From IMG/VR virus record IMGVR_UViG_3300045988_065940: DNA of 44,260 nucleotides; one strand, given 5' to 3'. The notes beneath the pieces were generated by a model. That model searched no databases. It worked only from the letters and a program-made list of their open reading frames with translations, and was not told the origin of the DNA. Positions within the stretch are counted from its first letter, which is position 1, and each line of letters begins with the position of its first letter. Positions 1 through 8,952 of the stretch are shown in pieces. Made by a program: the position numbers and the translations under genes. Origin of the DNA: a virus.

Positions 1-119
1 CGTACTTGTCGCCCTTAGTCCACTCGACATTTCCGTCCGGCAGCTCGTAGCCGAAGCTTATGGTTACCGGCGAGTTTTTGTCGACATAGGCGTACATGCC
101 TGTAGGATTGTCAGGATCA
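1..119. repeat. Terminal direct repeat, copy 1 (identical to 44142..44260)
   Basis: Bases 1-119 (cgtacttgtcgccc...ttgtcaggatca) recur exactly as the last 119 bases of the window, so the contig closes on itself (44,141 unique bp). Confidence 0.95.
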
Positions 120-826
120 TATTTATGCTCGTAATCCAATATCGCAAACTGCATGGTCTCTTTCGGCAGCCTGCGGCTCAAGGGGTCCACATCATGTGAT
201 TGCTTTGTCGATACGATATCACTGTTGGTAAACGTTTTTTCAACGCCGTACATAACGCGTTCCAAACGCGGGCGGCGATAAGGAAGCATATCACCGAATA
301 CCAGCTCTATCTTGTCGCACGAAGCTACGCGAGCCTCAAAAGCTGCCTCGGTGTCAGTTACACTTATTGTTTTATTTTCGACCACTTCATTATTAAGATA
401 AAACTTTGCGGCAATCTCAAGCGGCCACTCTTTAGTGCGCGTATCAAAAATAAACGTAAGCCCGGCGAACGTGTGAGGGTCGGTAAACTCCCTTGTCAGC
501 ACTGCGCTTGTGGTAAACTCGCCGTTTGCATTACTTATAAGCGTAGATGTAAAGCCGTCTTGCCGCGTATTGCCCGTGTTCGATACCAGAATGATTTGAG
601 AGCCGTCAAGCCCCCACCTGTTCAACTCCAACGTTGCATAGGTTTCTTCATAGTCATATTCGTAATCTATCGTGTCAAATTCCGAATATCCCTGTGCGCC
701 GTTGCTCTCCCACTCGCCGTCTGTTGCTGCCGCTACGTTGACGTTTGAAAACGCGACTTTCACATACGAACGGTTTCTGAGCATAGACCTCATGCTCAAC
801 TTGTAAGCATCGCTTACCTGCTTCAC
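1..826 (-). CDS. Tail-tip (Tal-like) minor structural protein, N-terminal part; continues across the circular junction into 42706..44141
   Basis: Open minus-strand frame from GTG at 826 (GGAGGTG RBS 6 nt upstream) with no stop down to base 1. It is in frame with ORF 42706..44238 across the 119-bp overlap, giving one 753-aa protein. It is absent from the ORF track because it runs off the edge. It lies two genes after the tape measure. Confidence 0.8.
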   Translation of the reverse strand, partial: MKQVSDAYKLSMRSMLRNRSYVKVAFSNVNVAAATDGEWESNGAQGYSEFDTIDYEYDYEETYATLELNRWGLDGSQIILVSNTGNTRQDGFTSTLISNANGEFTTSAVLTREFTDPHTFAGLTFIFDTRTKEWPLEIAAKFYLNNEVVENKTISVTDTEAAFEARVASCDKIELVFGDMLPYRRPRLERVMYGVEKTFTNSDIVSTKQSHDVDPLSRRLPKETMQFAILDYEHKYDPDNPTGMYAYVDKNSPVTISFGYELPDGNVEWTKGDKY

Positions 827-839
827 GGTCTACACCTCC

Positions 840-1223
840 TTAGAACGGCTCGCCGCAATCGATAAGATTGACTTTACAATTGATATAATCCAGCGGCAAG
901 CCGGTTTTCGGGTCAAGATGAAGCGGCTCGGCTGTGCGGTCACCGGGGTACATTTTTCGCGTTGTCCAGCGGTTATTTACCATATCGGGATAGCTCACAG
1001 TCACATAAAATCGGCTAAACTCCTTCAATATAGCCGACCATTGAGCAGCGGTAAGATAACCCCATTCAAGGTTGTTTATCTTCTGCTGCTCGCGGCCTAC
1101 CACCTGACCGACAACGACTGCATTTGCGTTTCGTGCTGAGTCAACAATAGTGGCGACCATTAAGTTCAGCCCCCGCCGAGGCGTGGGATATGCCTTGCCG
1201 TTGATTTTTATAAAGCTGTTCAT
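840..1223 (-). CDS. Small tail protein directly after the tape measure (putative distal-tail/Dit-like component)
   Basis: 127-aa ORF with an AAGGAGG RBS, located between the tape measure and the tail-tip protein. The call rests on position only. Confidence 0.5.
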   Translation of the reverse strand: MNSFIKINGKAYPTPRRGLNLMVATIVDSARNANAVVVGQVVGREQQKINNLEWGYLTAAQWSAILKEFSRFYVTVSYPDMVNNRWTTRKMYPGDRTAEPLHLDPKTGLPLDYINCKVNLIDCGEPF

Positions 1224-1237
1224 ATCCTCACGCCTCC

Positions 1238-4200
1238 TTAATAAGCGTTTGCAAACGCACCAACATTGACTCTGCGGCCTCTGCTCTGATTGTATCGATC
1301 ATAAGAATGGCCTATCGCGTCATCGCCGATATAAACGTCCATATCCTTAGACTCAACCACGTTGATAAGCGAATATATTGCAGCGATAACGCCGTCATTT
1401 GCATTAGTAACGCCGGCTGATATGCCCTCTACAATCTGGTCGTTGTTGGCTACCGCCGTTCTGCGTCCCATTGTGCCGACCATCTCAGCGCCGGACTCAC
1501 GAGCAATAAACAACTGCCCTTCGTTCGGAAAACCGCCCTCTGCAAATCCAAGCGCGCTGCCAATTGAAGATGCGGCATTTGAAAGGCCGTTTGATATGGC
1601 ACTACCAATACTGGACAAAGCGCTTCCTATCGCACTAACAGCACTCTGCGCCGCGGCTACAGCGCTGGCGAACGCCCCTTTTACTGCACTCACACCGGCA
1701 GAAACAATGCTTTTCATTTTGCCCACAAAGCCGATAATGGAGTCTACAACATTTGAAATATGAGTTTTTAATGCATCCCAAATACTGCAAATCATTTCTT
1801 TCATGGAATTGAATATTGAAGTCGCATTAGACTTAATTCCATTCCAAGCACCAGAAAGAAAAGACTTAACATTATTCCATACAGCACTTGTGTTAGTTTT
1901 TGTGTTATTCCATGCATTTGTGATAGCAGTATTAACACTGCCAAAAACCGAGCTCGCAGTAGATTTAATCGTATTCCACACTCCGGAAAGTGAAGACTTA
2001 ATAATATCCCATTTTGATGTGGTATCAGTACTGACATTATTCCATGCACCGCTAATAGTAGTTTTTAAATTTTCCCACGTAGTGCTTGCTCGCGTTTTGA
2101 TGTTATCCCACGTGTTTGAAAGCGAAGTCTTAATATTGTCCCATTTAGTGGAGGTATCAGTACTGACGTTGCCCCACGCCATTGAAATAGTGGTTTTAAT
2201 GCCATTCCAAGTATTACTTGCTGTAGTTTTTATGCTATCCCAAGTATTGGAAAGCGAGGTTTTAATATCATCCCACTTTTCTTTTGTGTCGGTTTTGATA
2301 TTTTCCCACTTTTTCTTAAATGTATCTTCTACAGATTTAAGAGTTTTTTCTACCTTTTTGGTTAAGAAATCCCAGTCTAACGCAACAGAAGTAGCCAACG
2401 ACGCAGCCCCGGCCATAATAAGACCTATTCCGAGCCCTGCGCCAACGCCCGTAAGCAGCAATATAACGCCAAGCGCCAATAAAGCCCCTCCGACTATGCG
2501 TGTGATTTTGGTAATTGTTTTCCTGATCTCTTCAGGTATCTCGTTCCATTTAGGTTCAACCGAGCTTGCCATCATTAATGCACCGGTAGCCAAGAGCGCA
2601 AGGCCGATAGGTATGTTAGTACCCGAGAACGCCAAGAGCGCGCCGAACGCTATAAACGCAATTGATACTGCTGCTGTTATCTCTGCAATAACGCCTTTTA
2701 TATTGTCCGATAGTTTATCCCAATTCGGTACAACAGCTGTAGCCATAGTCAATGCACCAGCTGCCAAAAGCGCAAGACCTATAGGCAGGTTAATGCCCGA
2801 AAAAGCCAAAATTGCGCCAACAGTTATAAACGCTAACGATACAGCAGCGGTTATAATTGCTATTACATCCTTTACTTTTTGAGGCAACTTGTCCCAATTC
2901 ATGAGCGCGTTTGTTGCAATGCCTATTGCACCAGCTGCTATGAGTGCTATGCCTAAAGGCACATTTACGCCCGATAAGGCTAACAATGCACCAACCGCTA
3001 TAAGTGCACCAAGTACAATGCCTTTAATTGTGGTCAGGGCATCTCTAATATGATCCGTGCTCTTTTTCCAATTGATAATTGCCGCAGTTACGAGCGCAGC
3101 AGCACCAATTGCCATAAGAGCAATACCTAAAGGAATGTTTGCCCCTGAAAATGTCAAGATTGCTCCCAGTGCAAGCAATGCGCCGCCAACCACACCGAGA
3201 ATTAAAGCTAACGTATTTGCAATTCCGTCGGTCATGCTATTCCAATTCAGTTTAACCGCAACAACTAAGCCAGCAGCGCCAGCCGCCATGAGCCCCAAGC
3301 CAAGAGGTATATTTGCACCACTAAGTGTTAGAAGCGCACCAACTACAAGTGAAGCTCCTGATATAATAATGAATAACTGCGCAAGGGCTTCCTCAATGAT
3401 GCTTTTCAGTTTATCGATTTTCATTTCAATCGCATCACTGAGAAAATCATACTCAGGCAATTCAAATTCAAAGCCACCGCCACCGCCGCCTGCACCGCTG
3501 CCGGAAGATGATTTGTCTTCCGGCTTGAATACATTCAGCTCGTCAAAACCGGCAGTGTACTGTTTAAGCTTTTTAGCAGCGTCGCCAGCACCTTCAAGAT
3601 TGTCCTCAAGAGCGCCAGCGCCACCTGCTGCATTATCAAGGCCGGAATAATCAATGTCCGTCAACTTAAATCCGAACAAACTTGCTATAGCATTTGCTAT
3701 TTCTCTTATAACTCTCAAAATAGCAATCGCCACGGGGAGTATCGCGTTGAGCATCGGGATAAAGATATCGCCTATTGCTCTCGCACACATAGTGAACTGC
3801 GCCTGCAATATTCTGAGCTGATTAGCCGGGGCTTCAAGCGAACGTGCCATATCACCCTGTGCAGTCGTTACCTGTGTCATAATGGCGTAATAACGTAGCT
3901 CGGCTTTCTCGGCCTGAGTCATTGCCGATACACTTTCATTGATACCCAGTGTATACGCCGTCTGCTGCAAACGTGCCTGAGACAGGTCATAGCCCAACCT
4001 ACGTAGCGGCTCAAGCTCGCCGGAAATGCCGGACTGCAATTTTAACATTGCATCTTCAACGCTTATATTAAAGAACGAACTTATATCATAGCCTAATTGC
4101 GTCAGGTTCTTGCTCATCGTGTATGCTCGATCTGAAACAGAACCAAAGCCCTCTAAGAGCGTGTTGAATATACCCTGATTGCGCATCCACTCGGCAGGGT

Positions 4201-5017
4201 CAATACCCATGACCTCAGATACAGTCTCGGCGTATTTCTTTGCTTGTTCGGCATATTTGCCCATTGATGCAGTGAAGAGGTTTAAGTCTTCCTGATATTT
4301 ATTCGACTCTGTAATAGCCGAGCTTATCAAATTCGACACCGTGCGCAGCGATAAAGCAACGCCGCCCAATTTGAGAAGCCCCGCCGCTTTGCCGAATTTG
4401 CCAACGCTTTTCTTGCCCTTTTCACTGGACGAGATAAGTTTTTGAATTTTCGATGGAAACGCCGAGAAACCGTTAGATACCTTTTGCATCTCATCAGCCA
4501 GTGGCTTCATAGCCGTAGCCAGCTCCGACATTTGCCGCGTGAATTTATCAAGATCAACTTTTTCAAGCTCTCCGACGACTTCGGGGAGCTTTTTTAATTG
4601 ATTAATAAATGTAGTCAGTTTCGATTTTCCGAGCTCGGAAAGCGGCCTGAGACCGTCCGCGAGGCCGACAAGCTTATCTTTTGTACTTTCGTTAACACCG
4701 GCTAAAGCATCGTTTATCGCCTTTATCTGGTTGGCAATAGAAGATGATATAGTAACCTTTCCAACGCCCTTAAGCACATTGAGCGCACCTGCCAGAGATG
4801 AAATCTTACTTGCTGCATCCGACTGACTAAAGCCCTTTAAAGCATCGTTTAATTTTCTAATGCTATCAGCAGTCTTGCTAAGTCCGCCCGTGCCGCCTGA
4901 TGTAGCGGTTTTCAATGCCTTGAGTGTATCTATCAGAGCTTCCAAGCCTTTGACCGTATCTTTGCTGTCATTGACTATCTCGAACTCCAAGCCCTGAATT
5001 TCTACATTATCAGCCAT
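1238..5017 (-). CDS. Tail tape measure protein (1259 aa)
   Basis: Largest ORF, directly after the G/GT chaperone pair. It has a coiled-coil-like N-terminus, six 58-aa hydrophobic repeats, seventeen 11-aa repeats with invariant W/F, and a typical C-terminal segment. Confidence 0.95.
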   Translation of the reverse strand: MADNVEIQGLEFEIVNDSKDTVKGLEALIDTLKALKTATSGGTGGLSKTADSIRKLNDALKGFSQSDAASKISSLAGALNVLKGVGKVTISSSIANQIKAINDALAGVNESTKDKLVGLADGLRPLSELGKSKLTTFINQLKKLPEVVGELEKVDLDKFTRQMSELATAMKPLADEMQKVSNGFSAFPSKIQKLISSSEKGKKSVGKFGKAAGLLKLGGVALSLRTVSNLISSAITESNKYQEDLNLFTASMGKYAEQAKKYAETVSEVMGIDPAEWMRNQGIFNTLLEGFGSVSDRAYTMSKNLTQLGYDISSFFNISVEDAMLKLQSGISGELEPLRRLGYDLSQARLQQTAYTLGINESVSAMTQAEKAELRYYAIMTQVTTAQGDMARSLEAPANQLRILQAQFTMCARAIGDIFIPMLNAILPVAIAILRVIREIANAIASLFGFKLTDIDYSGLDNAAGGAGALEDNLEGAGDAAKKLKQYTAGFDELNVFKPEDKSSSGSGAGGGGGGFEFELPEYDFLSDAIEMKIDKLKSIIEEALAQLFIIISGASLVVGALLTLSGANIPLGLGLMAAGAAGLVVAVKLNWNSMTDGIANTLALILGVVGGALLALGAILTFSGANIPLGIALMAIGAAALVTAAIINWKKSTDHIRDALTTIKGIVLGALIAVGALLALSGVNVPLGIALIAAGAIGIATNALMNWDKLPQKVKDVIAIITAAVSLAFITVGAILAFSGINLPIGLALLAAGALTMATAVVPNWDKLSDNIKGVIAEITAAVSIAFIAFGALLAFSGTNIPIGLALLATGALMMASSVEPKWNEIPEEIRKTITKITRIVGGALLALGVILLLTGVGAGLGIGLIMAGAASLATSVALDWDFLTKKVEKTLKSVEDTFKKKWENIKTDTKEKWDDIKTSLSNTWDSIKTTASNTWNGIKTTISMAWGNVSTDTSTKWDNIKTSLSNTWDNIKTRASTTWENLKTTISGAWNNVSTDTTSKWDIIKSSLSGVWNTIKSTASSVFGSVNTAITNAWNNTKTNTSAVWNNVKSFLSGAWNGIKSNATSIFNSMKEMICSIWDALKTHISNVVDSIIGFVGKMKSIVSAGVSAVKGAFASAVAAAQSAVSAIGSALSSIGSAISNGLSNAASSIGSALGFAEGGFPNEGQLFIARESGAEMVGTMGRRTAVANNDQIVEGISAGVTNANDGVIAAIYSLINVVESKDMDVYIGDDAIGHSYDRYNQSRGRRVNVGAFANAY

Positions 5018-5498
5018 CCGTTACACCACCCTCTTCTTTAAATTTCTTGTTATTTGACATCATAAATGCCTGCATAAACGCTTTTGCCTTTTCGTCCTGC
5101 CTCTTTTCAACCACCTGTTTCTTGCGCGTTTCATCGTTCCTGCTAAACAGCTCATAAGGCTGATTTGCATACGGCGTAGGCTTAGTGCCTTTCTTTGCAA
5201 ACGCTCGCAATATAGGAGCAACGTCAATCAATGCTTCATAAAAATAAGCTCCCTGTAACCACGCATCTTGATTTTTTAAATCCTGTTTTATCTGCGCTGC
5301 ACGGCGGTAATATTTAACTAAATCGCAATCTTGCTCCCAATATTGCTCATAGGTCATACCTATAGACAGGTAATACGGAAAAAGCTCATAAAACTTATCT
5401 GTGTAAGCAAAACGGGGGATGGGGCTTCGTTCACCTCCATCCCCCACGTTTATGGAAGAATGGCCGCTTACCAGCCAGCCTTCCAGCTCAGGTTTCCC
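5010..5498 (-). CDS. gpT-like extension of the tail assembly chaperone, reached by -1 frameshift from 5468..5809 (GT fusion about 265 aa)
   Basis: The -1 frame opens exactly at the GGGAAAC heptamer (a TGA lies immediately upstream in that frame). It runs through the 145-aa ORF 5010..5447, which has no convincing RBS of its own. It sits immediately upstream of the tape measure. Confidence 0.7.
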   Translation of the reverse strand, partial: GKPELEGWLVSGHSSINVGDGGERSPIPRFAYTDKFYELFPYYLSIGMTYEQYWEQDCDLVKYYRRAAQIKQDLKNQDAWLQGAYFYEALIDVAPILRAFAKKGTKPTPYANQPYELFSRNDETRKKQVVEKRQDEKAKAFMQAFMMSNNKKFKEEGGVTDG

Positions 5499-5809
5499 TC
5501 ATCGTTCTCCTGCTCGGGTTCGTCAAGCAGCGCCATAAGCGGCTCGTTGTACATCTCCACAAGTGCGCCTATAAGCTCGTCCTTGTGGTTCAGCTTTGCA
5601 TAAATTGCGTCAATCACATCACGCTTAACAAAACGATGATGCGCAAGAAACGCACCCGCAAAAAGTGCGGGAAGAAGCGTCATAGGTTTACGCTCCATGT
5701 CAGCAGCCACAAAGCCGTTTTTCTCCATGAGCTCGATTGTCTTTCGGGTAAATTCCAGTGTATATGTAACGCCGGAAACAGGATCGTTAATAGTAAGCTG
5801 TTTTGCCAT
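5468..5809 (-). CDS. Tail assembly chaperone (gpG-like)
   Basis: 113-aa acidic-tailed ORF between the major tail protein and the tape measure, with an AAGGAGG RBS. It contains the slippery site near its 3' end. Confidence 0.8.
   Translation of the reverse strand: MAKQLTINDPVSGVTYTLEFTRKTIELMEKNGFVAADMERKPMTLLPALFAGAFLAHHRFVKRDVIDAIYAKLNHKDELIGALVEMYNEPLMALLDEPEQENDEGNLSWKAGW
5492..5498 (-). promoter_or_regulatory. -1 programmed ribosomal frameshift slippery heptamer G GGA AAC
   Basis: Minus-strand sequence GAG GGA AAC CTG is in the zero frame (X XXY YYZ pattern), about 24 nt before the G stop codon. Confidence 0.7.
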
Positions 5810-5840
5810 GATAAATCCTCCTTATCAATTTGGCTTGTAA

Positions 5841-6272
5841 TCAGGTATCAGAAAAAGCAATAGGCGTGGACGGAGCAATGGTAATGGTCATACCCACGAC
5901 TTCGTTTACACCGCCGCCGACGGGATAAACAGAAAGCTCGCCGTCAAAGCTAAACTTGCCGTTAGAACCGTCTGGGGTAACAGTGCCGGAAACCTCCGTG
6001 CCGCCAAACCATACCGCATAACTGGCTTTCTTACCTTCAAGAGCCTTGAGCGTCTTGAAAGTGGTCATGTCGTAGTTTGCGGAGAACGACAGGCCATCAA
6101 GAGACTGAATGCCTGCAATATAGGTCTGCATGTTGTCACTCAGAGTAGTGGTTTCGAGCATTTCGGGCTCGCCGCCGAGATCGGGGAACTCTTTGATATC
6201 AACAAGCTTCGACCAGGTATCGCCTGTGTCACCTTTCTTCATCAGAAAGACTTTATATGTACTTATCGCCAT
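5841..6272 (-). CDS. Major tail (tube) protein, TP901-1/phi13-like
   Basis: 143-aa ORF with an AGGAGG RBS. The N-terminal pattern ...LVDIKEFPDLGGEPEMLETTTLSD... is typical of this family, and it sits just before the chaperones. Confidence 0.8.
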   Translation of the reverse strand: MAISTYKVFLMKKGDTGDTWSKLVDIKEFPDLGGEPEMLETTTLSDNMQTYIAGIQSLDGLSFSANYDMTTFKTLKALEGKKASYAVWFGGTEVSGTVTPDGSNGKFSFDGELSVYPVGGGVNEVVGMTITIAPSTPIAFSDT

Positions 6273-6275
6273 GAT

Positions 6276-6674
6276 TTACCTCCTATAAAGATTGGTACCG
6301 TCCGTTTCTGCCTTGTATCGGGCAACGAGCCGGTAAATTGTCGCATTTTCCATATTTGGAACGGGCGAAAGTGATATTCGCCTAAAATTCTTTGAATACA
6401 TCAAATTATCGATGAACGTTATGATCTCGCGGCAAGCCGCTTTTTTACCAACGCTTTTGTTGGAATAAACGTTCACCTCATACATCAGCGTCGAAAACTC
6501 AACACTACCGCTGTCCATGTGCGCCTGTGTCGTGTAATTGTCCTGCTCGACAATGCTCACATAAGGGAAATCAGGCGGAGCGTTTATATATTCGCCGCTA
6601 ACGATAATGCCGGAGAATTTGTTTCTAAGCGCTTTGGCTATCGGCGTGTATATCTGATTTTCAATGTCGATCAT
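6276..6674 (-). CDS. Tail completion/terminator-like neck protein
   Basis: 132-aa ORF immediately upstream of the major tail gene. The call is by gene order. Confidence 0.5.
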   Translation of the reverse strand: MIDIENQIYTPIAKALRNKFSGIIVSGEYINAPPDFPYVSIVEQDNYTTQAHMDSGSVEFSTLMYEVNVYSNKSVGKKAACREIITFIDNLMYSKNFRRISLSPVPNMENATIYRLVARYKAETDGTNLYRR

Positions 6675-7192
6675 TTAAACACTTCCTTTGCCAAAGCAGT
6701 TAAGCTTGCTTCCAATTCCTTTACCGTTTCATACATCGGCATATTTGCCGGATTGCCTTGCGTAATAACAACGGTGCTGCCGTCGGACTTTTCTCTGACG
6801 ATACCGTTAGAGCCGGGTTCACCGTAATAGCCCCATGATGATTGCTTGCCGTGACCATCGCCGTACTCGCCGCGAGCCATACCCAGCTCACCCGCTTGCG
6901 GATGATTGTCAGGATAAGTAACGCCTGTGCCGAACTCTATAAACAGCGTTGCCGTGCCCGTAGCGACTATTGCCATAGTGTTTCTGTCTCGTTCTTCGAT
7001 CTTCACCACAACATCATTCGTGCCGTCATAGATCGCAGTGCCGAACTTAGCGCTCGCCGCGTTGTAACCCATTTTAGCCAAACGCCTCAGAAACTCGTTT
7101 GAGCGCTCTTTGAGCCACACGTTGTATTCGTTCACGCTTTTTGTCAGCTCCGCAATACCGGCATTAGACAGCGGTACAACGACCTTTTTCAC
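6671..7192 (-). CDS. HK97 gp10-like head-tail joining protein
   Basis: 173-aa ORF with an FIEFGTG-type motif, located in the connector block. GTG start with an AGGTGA RBS. Confidence 0.65.
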   Translation of the reverse strand: MKKVVVPLSNAGIAELTKSVNEYNVWLKERSNEFLRRLAKMGYNAASAKFGTAIYDGTNDVVVKIEERDRNTMAIVATGTATLFIEFGTGVTYPDNHPQAGELGMARGEYGDGHGKQSSWGYYGEPGSNGIVREKSDGSTVVITQGNPANMPMYETVKELEASLTALAKEVFK

Positions 7193-7563
7193 GACACATT
7201 CACCTTTTGAATTGCATACGCAATGGCATTAAGCGATTTTGCAACGCGTTTTACAACGTAGTCATAAAGTGGAGTGCCGTCCTCGCTGTATTCAGGCAGC
7301 TTATCAACAAACAAAACCGAGTTTTCGTCAATCGGACAAGTCAGGTCGTCAGTAACGATCACCTTGTCATAACCCGCGAAATTGCCGAACTGTTCTATCT
7401 GTGCCGTGCCTGTAGCCGACGAAACATTAGCTCTTAACTTAACGGCGGGTTTGTAAATCAACCTTGAGCCACCGGTTTCGTTGCCGTATTCATCCTCAAT
7501 GATTTCCTTGCGGTCATAGAGCTGATACCAAAACGCCATTTTGTTTCGCTCTAATATTTTCAT
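7189..7563 (-). CDS. Head closure protein (SPP1 gp16-like position)
   Basis: 124-aa ORF with a GGAGGTGA RBS and an ATGA overlap with the upstream gene. The call is by gene order. Confidence 0.5.
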   Translation of the reverse strand: MKILERNKMAFWYQLYDRKEIIEDEYGNETGGSRLIYKPAVKLRANVSSATGTAQIEQFGNFAGYDKVIVTDDLTCPIDENSVLFVDKLPEYSEDGTPLYDYVVKRVAKSLNAIAYAIQKVNVS

Positions 7564-7883
7564 GCGTCACCTCCGAGGATGGACGCAAAAGGCACGATAT
7601 CTCTCAACAGCGCAGAAGGGATATCGGCATTGTCATAAGTGCGCGATATTCCATTTTCACTATGTGCCGTCTCCCCTTCTGCACCGCGTTTGTTGATTAG
7701 ATAAACTGCGATCTCGACCTGAACATATTCATAGCGCTCAGGCACATTCTGCGTAGCAAACGTAAAGGGATATGCTTTCCTGCAAACCTTATCCCCGGCG
7801 ATTTTAAGGTAAGTGGACAGAACGCTTTCATCCGTCTCGCCGGTCATAGCTTTAACCATTGCCAGTTTTTCAGTTTCCGTCAT
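7560..7883 (-). CDS. gp6-like head-tail connector protein
   Basis: Sequence pattern ...YLINKRGAEGETAHSENGISRTYDNADIPSALL... is typical of gp6-like connectors. The ATG at 7883 has a GGAAGGAG RBS; the track start at 7892 is less likely. Confidence 0.65.
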   Translation of the reverse strand: MTETEKLAMVKAMTGETDESVLSTYLKIAGDKVCRKAYPFTFATQNVPERYEYVQVEIAVYLINKRGAEGETAHSENGISRTYDNADIPSALLRDIVPFASILGGDA

Positions 7884-7914
7884 ACTGTCCACTCCTTCCG
7901 TTTAAATGTTTTTA

Positions 7915-8937
7915 TCAGCCACCGGTAGAGCCAGTGGTTTTAAAATCAGCTGCATTCGCAACAAATACGCTGCGGCTGTAAGTAGGTGCGGTAAACGAGG
8001 TCGAAATGCCGGTAAACTTGCCGTGATACCACTCGGGGCCATGATCGAGGCCGATCTGACCAAAGAGCTGATATTTCTGACCCGCGCCGGTCTTAGCAAG
8101 CTCTTCAAGGAAGAAGTTGCCCTTGCCGGGAACGGGCTGGAACACAGGTGCAAGAACGTCGAGGTTCAGCAGCAGCGCAGTACCGCTGGGCAGGTATTCA
8201 CCGAGATACAGGTAAACAACGCCTATCGGGGTAACGACGCTCGACAGCGCGATACCGTTGATCTCACGAGACGCAGGAACTACCGACAGGCCGTTCTGCA
8301 CCGCATCAGCATTGATCTGGAACATGGTAGTTGCATCGCACCACAGGCACAGGCCGGTAGTGGGCGCATTCTGGCCATAGATTTTCTTGACCATATCTGC
8401 GATATCCCACAGGCCAAGAGGCTTGGATGCCATTGCCTTGGCGTTGGTAGTGATAGCAGGAACGAGACCACGGGTCTTGTTGATCTTGCTGTCATCGGTG
8501 GCCTTGCTATATACGCCGTTAATGAAGGTGTACTCGATATCGGCATTGATCTTCATCATCTTTGCAGCAACCTGAAAATCGAGTTCGTTCATGGGGTTAG
8601 CCTGCTGATTGGCAATATTGATGCCGCTCAGAGTGCCCATGTTCGACTGCTTTGCATAAGAGATGCCTACGCTTTCCTGAAAGATCTGAGTAACGTTCGT
8701 TTTCTGCTCACGAGTTACTACAGTCGCATCGGGCGCAGTAAGCGATGCGGTCTCGCTGATAGCAGGCTGAGCACCGCCGCCGGAAGTAAACTCCTGACCG
8801 GTAACAAACTCAACGTGATTGGTCGTCTTTGCTCTGCCGCCTATAATCGAAGACAGCGGAGTTCGGGTGTTGCCCTTGTTAAAAAGCATTCCGGAGTAGT
8901 TAAGTACCCCAAAACTTGTAGCAAAAGTATCTGCCAT
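7915..8937 (-). CDS. Major capsid protein
   Basis: 340-aa ORF directly after the scaffold gene, with an AAAGGAGAAAA RBS. Size and position fit. Confidence 0.85.
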   Translation of the reverse strand: MADTFATSFGVLNYSGMLFNKGNTRTPLSSIIGGRAKTTNHVEFVTGQEFTSGGGAQPAISETASLTAPDATVVTREQKTNVTQIFQESVGISYAKQSNMGTLSGINIANQQANPMNELDFQVAAKMMKINADIEYTFINGVYSKATDDSKINKTRGLVPAITTNAKAMASKPLGLWDIADMVKKIYGQNAPTTGLCLWCDATTMFQINADAVQNGLSVVPASREINGIALSSVVTPIGVVYLYLGEYLPSGTALLLNLDVLAPVFQPVPGKGNFFLEELAKTGAGQKYQLFGQIGLDHGPEWYHGKFTGISTSFTAPTYSRSVFVANAADFKTTGSTGG

Positions 8938-8952
8938 AATTGGTTTTCTCCT

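Noticed and set aside
1803-3650. Long plus-strand ORFs 1803..2882 (359 aa) and 3057..3650 (197 aa)
   Set aside because: They are antisense to the tape measure gene. Their openness is a by-product of the repetitive Gly/Ala/Leu and Trp-repeat coding sequence on the other strand.
5841-6272. Contractile-tail (myovirus) architecture
   Set aside because: There is no sheath-sized gene between the connector genes and the chaperones. A single 143-aa tube protein, the G/GT frameshift and a long TMP indicate a non-contractile siphovirus-type tail.
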